Source: Candidatus Eiseniibacteriota bacterium
GTDB lineage: Bacteria; Eisenbacteria; RBG-16-71-46; JABDJR01
Direction of reading: 5' to 3'
DNA: 64,000 nucleotides
NCBI GenBank assembly: GCA_963762255.1
Contig: CAVXKA010000002.1
Span: forward strand, 896,001 to 960,000
Each line of letters starts with the position of its first letter. Positions within the stretch are counted from its first letter, which is position 1. The notes beneath the pieces are model-generated. The model worked only from the letters and a program-made list of their open reading frames with translations. It ran no database searches and was not told the origin of the DNA. Positions 10,415 through 20,856 of this stretch are shown piece by piece. A program made the translations under genes and the position numbers.

Positions 10415-11335
10415 CTACTTCCCGGAGGAGAGGACATAGCTCACACCGAACTGGTGGGTGGCCTCGAGGGTGCCCCCCCCAGTGGAGAAGCCGTAGTCCA
10501 CGGTGATGCCGTATTGGCTGATGCCGACACCGGCGGTGAAGATACTGGGCTCCGAGCGGATGCCGGCGCGCAGGCACAGGTAGTCGTTGACCTCGAACTC
10601 GGTCCCGCCCCGGAACTGGAGCGGATCGCCGAGCGTGCTCGAAATGTCGAGCGCGGTGGTCACGCCCTTGTAGGGCACGTAGGCCACCCCCGCTCCGACG
10701 CGGCGGATCAGGTCTTCCTTGTCGGTCTTGCCGATCGTGGGGTTGTTCATGTTGAGGGCGTAGAACCCCACGCGGGTGCGGTTGTAGATCGTGGCCTGCG
10801 CGGAGAAGTCGACGCCGAACGCCGTCGCGTTGCCGGGATCGATCCCGGTGCCCGGCTGGCCAGGATCCACATCCACGCTCATCCCGTAGTCCAGGTGGTA
10901 GATATTGATCCCCCACCCCGCCGCGAGCGTGCTCTGCATGTCCTTGAGAAGCTGGAACCCGTGCGCGAGGCTGATCGTGGTTTCCCCGGTCAGGTTCTCG
11001 CCTCGGTAGTCGACACCGAAGTGTCGAACACCGAGTCCCACGCCTCCGAACCGGCCCGCGCTCATCGTCCCCGAAGCCACGATCTGCTGCGAGAAGTCGT
11101 AGCCGAACGGCCTCACGAAGGAGGCCGCGACCGCAGGACCACCGGTCCAGGCGAGCGAGGCGGCGTTGTGGAACGGCGCGTACGCGTCCGCGGGGAGCGC
11201 GCTGAACGCACCGCCCAGCGCACGCGCCCGCGGGGACACCTCCAGATCCTCGAAGGCGGCAAAGGCCGGCGCCGCCGCAGCGAGGAGAGCCAGACCCACC
11301 AGGGCCGGCATCAGTCGTCTCCAGTTCGTCTTCAT
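10415..11335 (-). CDS. PorV/PorQ-family (T9SS-associated) outer-membrane protein
   Basis: AFEDLEVSPRARALGGA...HNAASL and C-terminal VDYGF...THQFGVSY typical of PorV/PorQ-like barrels. Confidence 0.72.
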   Translation of the reverse strand: MKTNWRRLMPALVGLALLAAAAPAFAAFEDLEVSPRARALGGAFSALPADAYAPFHNAASLAWTGGPAVAASFVRPFGYDFSQQIVASGTMSAGRFGGVGLGVRHFGVDYRGENLTGETTISLAHGFQLLKDMQSTLAAGWGINIYHLDYGMSVDVDPGQPGTGIDPGNATAFGVDFSAQATIYNRTRVGFYALNMNNPTIGKTDKEDLIRRVGAGVAYVPYKGVTTALDISSTLGDPLQFRGGTEFEVNDYLCLRAGIRSEPSIFTAGVGISQYGITVDYGFSTGGGTLEATHQFGVSYVLSSGK

Positions 11336-11348
11336 CTTGTCGCCCCCC

Positions 11349-14300
11349 CTAGTCCAAACGCACGGAGACGACGATCGGGACCTGCTCCCGGCGGATCGTT
11401 CCGTCCAAGCTAGTAGTCATGAGATGGCAGATGTAGAGCCCGGCGCGGACGAACTCGAAAGTCTCGTCCCGGCCGTTCCACTTGAGCGTCCTCTTGGCGC
11501 CTGCCCCGTCGTAGAGCACCCTGACCACGCGCCCCTGCGTGTCGAAGACCCGGCACGTCGCCTTGGCCGAGCCCTCCGAGTTCATCTTGATCTCGATTGC
11601 CTGCTCGGCCCCGTTCGGCATCACGTAGCCGCGCAGCAGCGTGCGAGCGGCCACATCGAGGAGGCCCTCCTCGACCACAGCGGCCCCGGCAGTGAACTGG
11701 ATGATGGACCCGGCGACGATGGGGTTGCCGGCCAGATCCTGCACGTTGCTTACCTGAACGGTGTAACTGGTGCCGCCAACGAGGCCGGAGGCCAAGGTCA
11801 AGGTGACCTGACTCAGCGAGACCGCCGCCGAGCTGACGGCGATGGGCGAGGCGGGAGTGGCGGTCGGATAGACCGAGTAGTTCGCCGCCGTCGTGGCGCC
11901 GGCACCCAGAGCCTCCGAGAACACCACGGTGACGGCCCTCGAGTCAGCCGCGCCATTCGCCGAGGACAAGGTCGGCGGCGTCGTGTCGCCGGGTCCGCCC
12001 CCCTTCGAGAACTCGTCGGAGTGGCCCACGCCGATCTGGTAGGTCGTCGTCGAACCACTGCCGAATGCGCTGCCGAACCCGGCAGCGGTCACCACGTCGC
12101 CCGAAGCGAAATTGGCGGCAACGACCCCGGACGCGTTGCGCACCCGGAAGATGATGTCGCCCGCCGTATAGTTGTAGTTGCTGCTGCCCGAGGCCGACGG
12201 CGCCGCGGTCAGCGTCGCCGTGGTCCGGATGTAGGTCCCCTCCCAGGCCGCGGACTTCATCTGCGGCACCGTCAGGTCCTTCGGCGCCAGCCTCGGAACA
12301 CCGGACGCGATCAAGGTCGCCGTGTACCCGGTGATCTCGGTCGTCGTGAAGTAAAGCTCCACCACGCCCGTCACCTTGGCCACGTTGCCGCGGTCATCCA
12401 GCGCCGACTTGATGCTGCCACCGAACACGTTCAAACCTCGCCCGGAGCCGTCCTGGATGAACGCGCTCGTCGTCGTTCCGTTGCTCGAAGCGGTCACGTA
12501 CACCTGACCGATCATCGTCAGCGTCTGGGCGGCGAACCCGGATGGGTTGCCCTGGATCGTGGCGATGTTCGTTACGGTCTCGGCTACCGTGGAGAAGCTG
12601 GCAGTGCCGCCGGTCAGCGCGCCGCCGGTAAGGCTGGTCACCCCGCTCACCGTCAGCGTGTACGCCGTGCTCTTGGGCAGCGCGGCCGAGCGTCTTGATG
12701 ATCGCGGTCTGACCGTTCTCCTGCAGCGTCACCGAGGCGATGCTTAGCGACGGGGTGAAGCTGTAGTTGGCCGCCGTCGTCGCTTGGGCCGCGTTCACCT
12801 TCTCCGAGAACGCCACGCCCACGTAGTCGTTCCCGAACTGGAAGGCCGCCACCACCTGGATCGTCGTGCCGCCACCGCCGCCGCTCGTGAAGGCTACCGT
12901 CGAGTTGGCGGCGATCGGGTTCCCGGCCGCGTCCTGGACGTTGCTCACCTTCACCGTGTACGCGGTCGAGGCCGCAAGCGGCGACGCCAGCGTCAGGGTT
13001 ACCGTGGAGCCGGAGAGCGACGCCGAGCTGACCGCGATGGTCGATGCCGGAGTGGCGGTCGGATAGACCGAGTAGTTCGACGCCGTCGTGGCGCCGGCAC
13101 CCAGAGCCTCCGAGAACACCACGCTCACGCTGGTCGAACTCGCCGAGCCCGACGCGGAGACCAGGGTCGGCGGCGTCGGGATCGGGGCCGCTCCCCTTCG
13201 CAAAGTCGTCGCTGTGACCCACGCCGATCTGGTAGGTGAGCGATGACCCGCTCCCGTACGCGCTTCCGAACCCGGCCGCGGTCACGACGTCACCCGACGC
13301 GTAACTGGAGGCGTTGATCCCCGCCGCGTTACGCACCCGGAACGTGATGTCACCCGCAGGATAGTTGTAGTTGGTCGACCCAGAGGCCGACGGCGCCGCG
13401 CTCAGCGTCGCCGTGGTCTGGATGTACGTCCCTTCCCACGCCGCCGACTTCATCTGCGCCACCGTCAGCACCTTCGGCGCCAACTTCGGCAATCCCGACG
13501 CGATCAGGGTCGCCGTGTACCCCGTGATCTCGGTCGTCGTGAAGTAGATCTCCACCACGCCCGTCACCTTGGTCACGTTCCCACGGTTGTCCAGCGCCGA
13601 CTGCACGGCGCCGCCAAACACGTTCAGTCCACGACCGGAACCGTCCTGGATGAACGCGCTGCCCGTCGTCCCGTTGCTCGACGCGGTCACGTACACCTGA
13701 CCGATCATCGTCAGCGTCTGCGCGGCAAACCCGCTCGGGTTCGCCTGGATCGTCGCGATGTTCGTCACGGTCTCCGACACCGTCGAGAAGTTCGCGGTCC
13801 CGCCGCTCAGCGCGCCGCCGGTGAGGCTGGTCACCCCGCTCACCGTCAGCGTGTACGCCGTGCTCTTGGGCAGTGCGGCGGACGTCTTGATGATCGCGGT
13901 CTGTCCGTTCTCCTGCAGCGTCACCGAGCTGATGGTCAACGACGGGCTGAAACCGTAGTTGGCCGCCGTCGTCGCCTGGGCCGCGTTCACCTTCTCCGAG
14001 AACGCCACGCCCACGTAGTCGTTCCCGAACTGGAAGGCCGCCACCACGGAGAACCCCGTGCTGACGCTGCCCGTGGCGAAGGCCACCGTCGAGTTGGCCG
14101 CGATCGGGATCCCGGCCGCGCTCTGGACGTTGCTCACCTTCACCGTGTACGCGGTCGAGGCCGCAAGCGGCGACGCCAGCGTCAGGGTTACCGTGGAGCC
14201 GGAGAGGGCCGCTGAGCTGACCGCGATGGTCGAGGCGGGAGTGGCAGTCGGATAGACCGAGTAGTTCGACGCCGTCGTGGCGCCGGTTCCCAGAGCGTCC

Positions 14301-16441
14301 GAGAACACCACGCTCACGCTGGTCGAACTCGCCGAGCCCGACGCGGAGACCAGGGTCGGCGGCACGGGATCGGGGCCGCTCCCCTTCGCAAAGTCGTCGC
14401 TGTGACCCACGCCGATCTGGTAGGTGAGCGATGACCCGCTCCCGTACGCGCTTCCGAACCCGGCCGCGGTCACGGCGTCACCCGACGCGTAACTGGAGGC
14501 GTTGATCCCCGCCGCGTTACGCACCCGGAACGTGATGTCACCCGCAGGATAGTTGTAGTTGGTCGACCCAGAGGCCGACGGCGCCGCGCTCAGCGTCGCC
14601 GTGGTCTGGATGTACGTCCCTTCCCACGCCGCCGACTTCATCTGCGCCACCGTCAGCACCTTCGGCGCCAACTTCGGCAATCCCGACGCGATCAGGGTCG
14701 CCGTGTACCCCGTGATCTCGGTCGTCGTGAAGTAGATCTCCACCACGCCCGTCACCTTGGTCACGTTCCCACGGTTGTCCAGCGCCGACTGCACGGCGCC
14801 GCCAAACACGTTCAGTCCACGACCGGAACCGTCCTGGATGAACGCGCTGCCCGTCGTCCCGTTGCTCGACGCGGTCACGTACACCTGACCGATCATCGTC
14901 AGCGTCTGCGCGGCAAACCCGCTCGGGTTCGCCTGGATCGTCGCGATGTTCGTCACGGTCTCCGACACCGTCGAGAAGTTCGCGGTCCCGCCGCTCAGCG
15001 CGCCGCCGGTGAGGCTGGTCACCCCGCTCACCGTCAGCGTGTACGCCGTGCTCTTGGGCAGTGCGGCCGAGCGTCTTGATGATCGCGGTCTGTCCGTTCT
15101 CCTGCAGCGTCACCGAGCTGATGGTCAGCGACGGGCTGAAGCCGTAGTTGGCCGCCGTCGTCGCCTGGGCCGCGTTCACCTTCTCCGAGAACGCCACGCC
15201 TACGTAGTCGCTCCCGAACTGGAACGCCGCCACCACGGAGAACCCCGTGCTGACGCTGCCCGTGGTGAAGGCCACCGTCGAGTTGGCCGCGATCGGGTTC
15301 CCGGCCACGTCCTGGACGTTGCTCACCTTCACCGTGTACGCGGTCGAGGCCGCAAGCGGCGACGCCAGCGTCAGGGTCACGTTTGCGCCCGAGCCGGAGG
15401 CCGCAGACGCGGCGCTTACCGTGATCGTGCTGCTCGGGCTCGCGGTCGGATACACCGAGTAGTTTGCGGTTGTCGCCGCACCGACGCCCAACTGCTCCGA
15501 GAACACGACGGTCACGTGGTCGAAGTCGCCGAGCCCGACGCGGAGACCAGAGTGGGAGCCGTGGTGTCCGTGGATGTCTGCCCCGGCGGCACGCCCGTGG
15601 TGTTCGTGGAGAAGGTCGAGGCGAGGTTCTCGCTCGTCTCGTTGCGTCCACCGACACCGTTGCCGCCGGTCATCGTCTGAGTGCCTTCGGCGTCGTTCGT
15701 ACGGATGAAGGTACCGGTCCCGGAAAGTGTGGCCTGCGAAGCCAGCGGCGTATCCGCCAGGTAGGCGGTCGGCGTCGAGTCGGCGTCGGGGCCGTCGATC
15801 GAGATCCCCGTCTTGTCCACGCCCGCCGATGTCGCCGTCCCCCACAGCACGTAGTCGATGTCGGTCACCAGATCCGAAGCGCCGTCCCAGTAGAACAGGA
15901 TGACCACTTCACTGGTGTTGGAGAGCGTCGGAGTCGTGCCGGTCGCCCCCGGGTCCTTGATCGAACCCGCGCGCGCGGGGCGCATGTCCGGCACGCCGTC
16001 CGCAGCGGCCCCATCCTCGAACATCTCGAAGTTGGGCAGCTTGCCGTACGCGGCCTGGAACCCCGCACTTCCCAGCACCGAGATCGAGAGCTCCTGCCCC
16101 GGCTGGATCGTCGCGCCAGCGGGGAAGCGCGCAACGAAGTCGGTGAAGAGGCCACCGCCGATCAGCTTCGTCGGGTCGGGAAGGTTGTAGTAGTACTGGC
16201 TCCCGCTCGCGAAGGTGGCGTCGGTCAGGTAGTAGTTCGAGAGATCGACGGCCACGCTCCCCGGATTCTTGATCACGATGTACTCGTTGGGAGCCGTGAT
16301 CCCACTGCCTCGAATCTCAACCTGGGAGATCAGCAGCTTCGTCGGCGTCTGCGCGAGGCCGAGTGAGGGAAGAAACAAAGTGAGGGCGAGAATCGCCGTG
16401 ACGAGCGTCAGGCCCGTCGTGATACGGGATCGCATCAGCAT
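11349..16441 (-). CDS. Giant (~1700 aa) repetitive surface protein: lamin-tail-like domain, Ig-like and OB-fold repeats, FlgD/T9SS-like C-terminal domain; split by 4 frameshifts
   Basis: ORF pieces 15512-16492, 14538-15845, 12653-15031, 12394-13203 and 11349-12650 join into one repetitive protein; GGAGGAG RBS before ATG 16441; signal peptide; LLISQV..NEYIVIKN..VDLSNYYL; AFIQDGSGRGLNVF; VFDTQGRVVR..WNGRD..AGLYI. Confidence 0.78.
11700..15550. repeat. ~1.19 kb intragenic tandem repeat, about 3 units plus a partial unit
   Basis: Anchor CCCCGCTCACCGTCAGCGTGTACGCCG at 12641, 13834 and 15022 (spacing 1193 and 1188 bp); the two central copies are near-identical. Confidence 0.92.
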
Positions 16442-16563
16442 GGGACGAAACCTTTCTCCTCCACGGAGTCGGTTTGAGTTGGGCCGGACCATGCCGGCCG
16501 CGGAGAAGGACCGCGCGATCGACCGGGAGCCAAGAACCCCTCGTCGAAAGCTAGCCCGGCAGT

Positions 16564-18573
16564 CTAACGCGCCCCTCCGGATATTTCCACCCGGATCGGA
16601 CCGGTGATCGCCAAGGGGGGGGCCGGGGCGGACGGAATGGGCTCATCCCCCTCCACGCGAACCTGTGCGAACCCGGAGTTCTTCACGTAAAGCTCGATGT
16701 CCTCGTCGAAGCGCACCGAGCCCTCTCGGCCGCGGACCATGAAGGCAGAGTCCACAACCCCGTTCACGACGATGAGAACACGTCTCACGTCGATCCAGGC
16801 CGGAGCGATTACCCGCACGTGGCCCCGGGCCATGCCCGGTCCGCGCCGAAGGGTTCCGCCGATCTCAACTCCGTCCAGCGTGAACTCCACGAAAGGCCCG
16901 TTGGTGGAAACGGTCTTCCCCTCCTGCAATGCTTCTTTCACTGCGGCCGAGTTCGATCCGTCCGCGCGGACATAGGTGCGCGCGTCCGTTCGCCCGGGGT
17001 CTGCCAGGGTAAGTTCGTGTGCCTCGGCGGCGACATCGTCGAATCGCTCGTCCGCCGACCATGCGATGCCGTCGCAAACCAACGCCAATGCGCGGTCCGC
17101 CGAGGACACGGGACACGCGGGATGCGACCGGTCGAGCGCGCCGAGGTCCGCGGCGATCCACGAGTCGGGGATCCCGATCGACGCCAGCTCCGCGCGCAAC
17201 ACGGTGCGGCCGCCGGGCGCCAACGTCACATCCAGTTCCCACGCCTCGAACCCCGGACCCCGCGTCACCCGCACCCGGTACCGCCCCGGAGGAACGAACA
17301 CGGTGTCTGCACCAGCCGGCGTGAAGAGAAACTCCGCGGCGCCGGACGCGGAGTACCTTGGCCCGAACCACGGGTCCCGCGTTCCATTCACGCCAAGGAA
17401 TCGCCATCGCGCAGGCGAGCGCGCACCTCGCTCGTCCAACGCGCTCAATTCAACGGTCGCCGGCTCGAGGAGCCGCAGGGCGATCTTCCTCTTGCCGCCC
17501 GTCTCGATCGAGAACTCCGGAACCGGGGCGATCCCGTACCGGGGATGTGACACGAGAAGCATGCACCGGCCCGAGGGCACGGAAAGCACGAGCGGACCGC
17601 GCGAGGACGTTTCCCCCCACGCCAGCGCGCGTCCCTCCGGCGTGCGGATTTCCACCCTCACCATCGCCACGTGCTCGCCGCCGTGATCGGCTTCCACGGT
17701 GACCCATCCGACGGGAATCCCCTCCGCGGCCCACACCGCGGACGCCGCGTCCGCGGCGGTGCCGCGTCGCACGGCAAGTCGGCGTTCGACGCGAAGCGAG
17801 TCCCCCGGCGCGAGCGACGCGGTCTTCGACACCGCGTGCGACCACGTCGGCCCGCCCGACACGTCGAGCGCGCTCCCCGGGCTCCACCATGCGTAGGCGG
17901 TGCCGCGAGCGGCCCCGGTGAGGAAAGGGACCGTGTGCGCAGCTTCGCCGAACTCGAACCCCGGGCCGGGCGCAAAGGGCTCCGCCTCCCCCCACAGGAT
18001 GAGGTCCGCTGCGGGGAGGGCGACGGTGTCGAGGCCCCCGTTCACGAACCGCGTAGCGACGGAGAGGAGGTCCGATCCCGCCTCGAGCGAGTACCGGGTC
18101 TCGATGGCGACCTCGGGGAGTTCCCGGACACGTCCACGGGCGATCAAGACGCGTTGCGTCCTGGCGACGCCGGCCGGGTCGGGAACGACCGTGACGTACG
18201 TCGCTTGCGGATCGGCCAAGGGTGCGGCTGCCGCGGCGACCCGAACCTCGCCCAGGACATCCTCCCCCGACGAGGGTGCGGCATCGAGGATCCTTCCCGC
18301 GCGCACGCGATCTCCCCCACCGACGCCGCCGATCACCACCGCCATGCGCTCGTTGCGCAACAGCCAGTCACCCGCGGTCCCATCGGCCATGTCTCCGCCA
18401 AACGGGGGCGGCCCGGAAAGGAGCGTGAGCTCGACGAAGGGCGGGGCGAGGGCGACGGTCTCGACACTCGGCCCCTCCGGTGAGGGCGCGCGCGCGCACC
18501 CGGCGGCCAGCATGAGCGCGGCTTCGACAATCAGCAGAAGGCCGAGGAGGCGGGATCGTCGGGATAGGAGCAT
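16564..18573 (-). CDS. Lipoprotein resembling CehA/McbA-family (PHP) metallohydrolases, apparently lacking the catalytic core
   Basis: Lipobox AAGC; GDWLLRNE, PPGRYRVRVTRGP, RTYV...TNGPF architecture; no HxH metal motif. Confidence 0.6.
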   Translation of the reverse strand: MLLSRRSRLLGLLLIVEAALMLAAGCARAPSPEGPSVETVALAPPFVELTLLSGPPPFGGDMADGTAGDWLLRNERMAVVIGGVGGGDRVRAGRILDAAPSSGEDVLGEVRVAAAAAPLADPQATYVTVVPDPAGVARTQRVLIARGRVRELPEVAIETRYSLEAGSDLLSVATRFVNGGLDTVALPAADLILWGEAEPFAPGPGFEFGEAAHTVPFLTGAARGTAYAWWSPGSALDVSGGPTWSHAVSKTASLAPGDSLRVERRLAVRRGTAADAASAVWAAEGIPVGWVTVEADHGGEHVAMVRVEIRTPEGRALAWGETSSRGPLVLSVPSGRCMLLVSHPRYGIAPVPEFSIETGGKRKIALRLLEPATVELSALDERGARSPARWRFLGVNGTRDPWFGPRYSASGAAEFLFTPAGADTVFVPPGRYRVRVTRGPGFEAWELDVTLAPGGRTVLRAELASIGIPDSWIAADLGALDRSHPACPVSSADRALALVCDGIAWSADERFDDVAAEAHELTLADPGRTDARTYVRADGSNSAAVKEALQEGKTVSTNGPFVEFTLDGVEIGGTLRRGPGMARGHVRVIAPAWIDVRRVLIVVNGVVDSAFMVRGREGSVRFDEDIELYVKNSGFAQVRVEGDEPIPSAPAPPLAITGPIRVEISGGAR

Positions 18574-18622
18574 GCCGACCATGCTACCGGCCTCACGCGC
18601 GTCGCGCCATCCGTGCGCGCAG

Positions 18623-18655
18623 AAAAAAGAGGGGGTCGGTTGCCCGACCCCCTCT
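18623..18655 (-). terminator. Rho-independent terminator
   Basis: 12-bp stem AGAGGGGGTCGG/CCGACCCCCTCT with a 4-nt loop, followed by a T-run on the minus strand, 25 nt after the stop at 18680. Confidence 0.9.
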
Positions 18656-18679
18656 CGCGGAGCGTGATCCGCCGAGATT

Positions 18680-20596
18680 CTACTGCTCCAGGAACAGAAG
18701 TCGCCGCGTGAGGACCTGTCCGCCCGTCTCGAGGCGATAGAAATAGATGCCGCTGCCGGCGTTGCTCAGCGCGTCGCCGCTCAGCGAAATCACGTGATCG
18801 CCGGGGGTCTGGAGCCCTTCCACCAGTGTCTTCACCAGGCGGCCCCGGATATCGAAGACATTGATGGTCACAGGCACCATGTCACCGGCCTTGGCCCCCG
18901 CGGGCACCTGATAACGGATCTCCGTGGAACGGCCGAAGGGGTTCGGCGCATTCTGCAGGAGCTGGGCCATCGGACGCAGGTTGCGATCCTCGATGCCCGT
19001 GGTCGCCACGAACTCGATGTCGCTGGCGAAACGGGGAATCATCTGGTAGCCGGCCGTGAACGGGCTGGCCGAATCAAACTGCGAGGCGATGCCGATTACG
19101 TTCGCGTAGAGCGAAGTCGCGGCCATCCCGGGGATGTTGGTGTCCCCGTCCACGCGCAGGAGAAGCGTGTCCGCGTAGCAGTTGGTGACCTTGTAGTTGG
19201 TGTTCGCGCGCAGGGTGTCGGTCCCCACGGGGAACTTCACCAGCATCATCCGGACCAGGTCGTTCTCGATCGCTTCGAACGAAGAGCAGGTCGTGGTGAG
19301 CGCCGCCGCGGGCACCGAGCCGGGACCGTTGATCTCGACCAGGAGCGTGTCGCAGGTCGCGCTGGTGGCGATCTCCACCTTACCGTTGTACTGGTCGATG
19401 ATGCCCTCGACGGTCACATCGTCACCGAGGCCGGGCTGCACGGTGTGCGTCCCGTACTTGAAGACGTTGATCCCGCCGGTGGCGTCCTGGATGTTGTAGT
19501 CGGTGTTGAGAACCTGGATCACGCCATAGGGCAGGGTCACATTGCCGGTCACCCGAGCGCCGTAGTACCGATAGATGTTCGCCCCGTTGGCGTCGTTCAC
19601 GTACAGCTCACGGATGTTCTTGGTGCCGACGAAGTAGCCCTGGTTGTGGCCCTGCGTCGTATCCGGGTTCACGTTGTACGCGGTGACGTAGTACTCGACC
19701 AGATCCCCGTTGTTGCTCTGGGCGGGCAGCACGTACTCGAAGGTGGTCGTGTCGCCGGAAGTCGCGACCACGCCCATGGCCACCGTCGTCGCCGAACCAC
19801 CGTTCACCCAGTAGTGGATGTCGGCAGATACGGCGTTCAACACAACCGCTTGCGCGGCCGCAGTCTGGGCCGTAAACGGCACGCAAGGGGTGCGGGGCTC
19901 GCGCAGGAACTCGGGAGGCGGGTTCAAGCAGGTGGGATTGGTCGTGCCCGGCGAGTCGTCGATGTTGATCGCGAACTGGCCGATCACCCACGCGCCCGTG
20001 TCGCTGCAGCGATAGACGTGACCCGGATGGTAGGTGCCATCCGGACCGAGGGTGGCCGACGGGTAGTAGGTGTACTCGACGGTCGTGCAGTTCACCGCAG
20101 CTCCGTTGGTCAGAGCCACGCCGTCGATGATCGCGGTCCAGGGCGTGATGTCCAGGACGCCATCGTTGTTGGTGTCGAGATCCTGGGTGATGGTACCCGT
20201 CCAGCCGGAAACCAGCAGGTGGGTCACGTTGTCCGTGTTCTCGAACGCGTACGCCGCGGAGTTGATGTCCGCATCGTAACCGGTAAGGACGTGCCCGGCC
20301 GCGTAGTACTTTGCCGCGGCGAAGAAGCCATCGGCCTGGATCGCGTACCCGGTCAACGGCACGACGCACTCGACGACGCCGCAGCCGCCCGTGCCGTCAC
20401 CGATCACGATGTAGGTATACGAACTCAAGTCGGTCGAGGCCGGCCCCTGGAGCTCGAAGTACTCGTCGGTGTCGGTGCTGGTCATGTCGGTCCGGACCTC
20501 GGTGATCTGGATCTGTGCCCAGGCGCCGGCCGCGAAGGCGACCAGCCCGATCGAGAGAAGAAGTGCTAGCAGAAGCTTGTGCGTGGGAAGTCGCAT
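18680..20596 (-). CDS. T9SS type-A sorting-domain protein with lamin-tail-like N-terminus and OB-fold region
   Basis: Signal peptide; ITEVRTD..DEYFEL; IQDATGGINVF..GDDVTVEG; C-terminal QNAPNPF...IRY...VFDIRGRLVKTL...SGIYFYRL. Confidence 0.82.
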   Translation of the reverse strand: MRLPTHKLLLALLLSIGLVAFAAGAWAQIQITEVRTDMTSTDTDEYFELQGPASTDLSSYTYIVIGDGTGGCGVVECVVPLTGYAIQADGFFAAAKYYAAGHVLTGYDADINSAAYAFENTDNVTHLLVSGWTGTITQDLDTNNDGVLDITPWTAIIDGVALTNGAAVNCTTVEYTYYPSATLGPDGTYHPGHVYRCSDTGAWVIGQFAINIDDSPGTTNPTCLNPPPEFLREPRTPCVPFTAQTAAAQAVVLNAVSADIHYWVNGGSATTVAMGVVATSGDTTTFEYVLPAQSNNGDLVEYYVTAYNVNPDTTQGHNQGYFVGTKNIRELYVNDANGANIYRYYGARVTGNVTLPYGVIQVLNTDYNIQDATGGINVFKYGTHTVQPGLGDDVTVEGIIDQYNGKVEIATSATCDTLLVEINGPGSVPAAALTTTCSSFEAIENDLVRMMLVKFPVGTDTLRANTNYKVTNCYADTLLLRVDGDTNIPGMAATSLYANVIGIASQFDSASPFTAGYQMIPRFASDIEFVATTGIEDRNLRPMAQLLQNAPNPFGRSTEIRYQVPAGAKAGDMVPVTINVFDIRGRLVKTLVEGLQTPGDHVISLSGDALSNAGSGIYFYRLETGGQVLTRRLLFLEQ

Positions 20597-20704
20597 GTTG
20601 GCTGTACCCCCTAAGTGCAGTCTGGTCCACCCGAGGACACACGGTAGAGATAGAGGTGCCGGTGGACCAAGTCACCCCTCTATGGAAGCTAAGTCAGTGG
20701 GATG

Positions 20705-20733
20705 AGTCTAACCCGAATCCCCGGCGATTTCAA
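20705..20733 (-). promoter_or_regulatory. Sigma70-like promoter TTGAAA-17-TAGACT
   Basis: Consensus-like hexamers with 17-bp spacing about 110 nt upstream of ATG 20596. Confidence 0.55.
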
Positions 20734-20856
20734 TGACAATTCCTTGACAGATGCGTGTCAACCGCAAGCTGTAACGACACTTGCGAATATGGCTTTCGAG
20801 ACCTTCCAGAACCACGCTCCCCGCCCAGTCGGTTGGGGGCGGGCGATCACAACCTC

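Noticed and set aside
7685-11413. 1242-aa plus-strand ORF and many other long ORFs (e.g. 3479-5095, 18794-20569, 28144-29988, 34569-36719, 61782-63755)
   Set aside because: Antisense shadows of well-supported genes in high-GC DNA; no recognisable motifs
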